Assembly (NCBI GenBank): GCA_963810175.1
Contig: CAWEMU010000053.1
Coordinates: 85,515 to 149,514, forward strand
Source of the DNA: an uncultured beta proteobacterium
GTDB lineage: Bacteria > Pseudomonadota > Gammaproteobacteria > Burkholderiales > Rhodocyclaceae
Length of the DNA stretch: 64,000 nt
Reading direction: 5' to 3'
The position numbers and the translations under genes were made by a program. Positions 62,317-64,000 of this stretch are shown piece after piece. The notes beneath the pieces are model-generated. The model was not told the origin of the DNA and searched no databases. It saw nothing but the letters and a program-made list of their open reading frames with translations. Positions within the stretch are counted from its first letter, which is position 1; every line of letters starts with the position of its first letter.

Positions 62317-62580
62317 TTACTCATAGTGGGACCACATTCTGAGCACCTTTACTACTCGCTGCTCCTCAAGCACTTGATAGACCAGGCGGTGCTGTATGTT
62401 GATCCGCCGCGAATAGGCGCCAGCCAGGTCGCCGATGAGTTTTTCGTAAGCTGGCGGGGTCTGGAACGGGTTTTCTGCCAGAATTGCCAGCAGTGATTGG
62501 GTATCTTCCTTCAATCCGGCGGACGCAAGTTTTTCGGCATCCTTTTGTGCATGCTTCGTGTAGAAAAGTTGCCAACTCAC
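62317..62580 (-). CDS. yoeB: Txe/YoeB family toxin
   Basis: YEKLIGDLAGAYSRRINIQHRLVY...MWSHYE. Confidence 0.93.
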   Translation of the reverse strand: MSWQLFYTKHAQKDAEKLASAGLKEDTQSLLAILAENPFQTPPAYEKLIGDLAGAYSRRINIQHRLVYQVLEEQRVVKVLRMWSHYE

Positions 62581-62819
62581 CAGGCCAGTTCCTTGCTGCA
62601 CTCGTCTGGCGAAGCCGCCAGGCCTTCACGAATCGACTCTCGCATGCCAGGAACAGACAGGAGATACATGGTTTCCTGAATCGCTGCCCAATCATCGGCG
62701 GATACGAGCACGGCATTGTGCCGCTTTCCGGTGATCAGAACAGGCTGGTGATTTAGCGTTGTTTCATCGATCAGGCGGTAGAGGCTGGCCCGTGCTTCGC
62801 TGGCGGTGATTGTCGTCAT
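62577..62819 (-). CDS. yefM: Phd/YefM family antitoxin
   Basis: ASEARASLYRLIDE, PVLITGKR, AIQETMYLLSVPGMRESI. Confidence 0.93.
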   Translation of the reverse strand: MTTITASEARASLYRLIDETTLNHQPVLITGKRHNAVLVSADDWAAIQETMYLLSVPGMRESIREGLAASPDECSKELAW

Positions 62820-62843
62820 GTTGATCTCCTTGGCGAGTGAGAT

Positions 62844-62861
62844 CGTACGTTTTTTCGTACG
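62844..62861. promoter_or_regulatory. yefM-yoeB operator
   Basis: Two CGTACG palindromes 12 bp apart upstream of yefM, like the paired TGTACA operator in E. coli. Confidence 0.75.
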
Positions 62862-62879
62862 TGTCGTCAATTGGACGTA

Positions 62880-63509
62880 TCAAGGCAGCGATTGCGTCAG
62901 CCTCCCAGTATGGTCAGGCGCCGCGCCATCCGGCAACTTCTCCAGAATTGCCTGCCAGCGAATGACGATCTCCGGGAAAATCGTCGGTGCGCGTTCGCCG
63001 GCCATGTCGGCGATTTCCGGGCCGCCGAAATGGCCGTCTTTCAGCACGTAAACCGTAACGACGCGGTCAACCGGGTGAACCAGCCAGTATTCACGGACGC
63101 CGGCGCGTTCGTAGAGGGCGCGTTTGGTCAGGTGATCGTGGCGGGCGGTGGCGGGGGAGAGGACTTCGATGATCCAGTCCGGGGCGCCGCGGACATTGCG
63201 CTCGGTGAGCTTTGCCGGGTCGCAGACGACGAGGATGTCCGGTTGAACGACGGTGGTGACGTGATCGTCAGCTTCATCCGGGGCCGGAAGCAGCACATCG
63301 ACCGGGGCGATCAGGGCGCGGCACGGGGAACCGTCGAGTGCATCGTCGATCTGTTTGGCGATGGTGAGGACCAGGGTCTGGTGGCTGATCGTCGGCGCCG
63401 GAGCGATCGCGTAGGCTTCGCCATCGATCAGTTCCCAGCGCTCGACACCTGGCCAATGCCGGTAATCGGCATAGGTGAAACGCCGATCAGAAGTTCTTGG
63501 CAGGGCCAT
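62880..63509 (-). CDS. Uma2 family endonuclease-fold protein
   Basis: WELIDG, HQ, VQPDI, GAPDWIIEVLSP.T...D...K..LY...GVREYWLV. Confidence 0.92.
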   Translation of the reverse strand: MALPRTSDRRFTYADYRHWPGVERWELIDGEAYAIAPAPTISHQTLVLTIAKQIDDALDGSPCRALIAPVDVLLPAPDEADDHVTTVVQPDILVVCDPAKLTERNVRGAPDWIIEVLSPATARHDHLTKRALYERAGVREYWLVHPVDRVVTVYVLKDGHFGGPEIADMAGERAPTIFPEIVIRWQAILEKLPDGAAPDHTGRLTQSLP

Positions 63510-63578
63510 GGCGCAGACTCCGGTTGGGACAGACGGCTCATTGTGCCTTAGCGTCTGCCCGTCGATCAATGCCTTGCC

Positions 63579-64000
63579 TTAATCGCCCATCCGTTCCGGC
63601 AGCACGTCGCGCAGCAGCACGGCGGCGTCGCGGATCATCGTTTCGGTGGTTTCCCAGTCGACGCAGGCGTCGGTGACCGAGCAGCCGTACCTGAGCTGGC
63701 CGAGGTCGGCGGGGATCGGCTGGTTGCCGGCCTCGATGTTGGATTCGATCATGACGCCGATCAGCGACTTGTTGCCGAGGCGGACCTGGTTGACGATGTC
63801 GGCCATGACCAGCGGCTGCAGTTCGGGATTCTTGAAGCTGTTGGCGTGCGAGCAGTCGACGACGATGTTGTTCGGCAGCCCGGCCTTGGTCAGGGCCTGC
63901 TCGACCATCGCGATGGAGACCGTGTCGTAGTTCGGGCGGCCGTCGCCGCCGCGCAGGACGATATGGCCGTGGCGGTTGCCGCGGGTGCGGACGACGGCAA
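63579..64000 (-). CDS. aroG: Class I DAHP synthase (3' part; runs off window)
   Basis: HIVLRGG..PNY, VDCSHANS, GVMIES, YGCSVTDAC. Confidence 0.9.
   Translation of the reverse strand, partial: AVVRTRGNRHGHIVLRGGDGRPNYDTVSIAMVEQALTKAGLPNNIVVDCSHANSFKNPELQPLVMADIVNQVRLGNKSLIGVMIESNIEAGNQPIPADLGQLRYGCSVTDACVDWETTETMIRDAAVLLRDVLPERMGD

Overview
A 64 kb, high-GC chromosomal stretch of a betaproteobacterium; gene content and order suggest Rhodocyclales (Dechloromonas/Azonexus-like), which is an inference. About 55 genes are present. They include a neutral-lipid cluster (two WS/DGAT, MaoC, SDR, SRPBCC), a PqqU/YncD-like TonB receptor and a DUF2868-DUF3482 GTPase pair. A complete class IIC group II intron (12176-14072) is inserted directly after a terminator. 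There is a DODA-yceJ-yceI-yceI-pirin redox operon whose LysR sits 3 kb away, plus a truncated IS5. Housekeeping genes include deaD, greB, htpG, nth, modABC and a DAHP synthase. Other loci are two TA modules, a 2-hydroxyacid/ThDP catabolic operon and a quinohemoprotein ADH-ALDH operon. About a dozen genes carry single-base frameshifts, most likely long-read assembly errors. The most notable unexplained items are: (i) a translationally coupled FolB-like plus DHFR-like pair in which the DHFR lacks the residues that bind folate's glutamate; (ii) an 11-aa Lys-rich micro-ORF and a perfect 14-bp hairpin upstream of an atypical ABC exporter; (iii) a 47-bp near-perfect inverted repeat pair flanking 6.4 kb; (iv) a shared LysR operator architecture at two sites; (v) tandem secreted 4-Cys-repeat paralogs.
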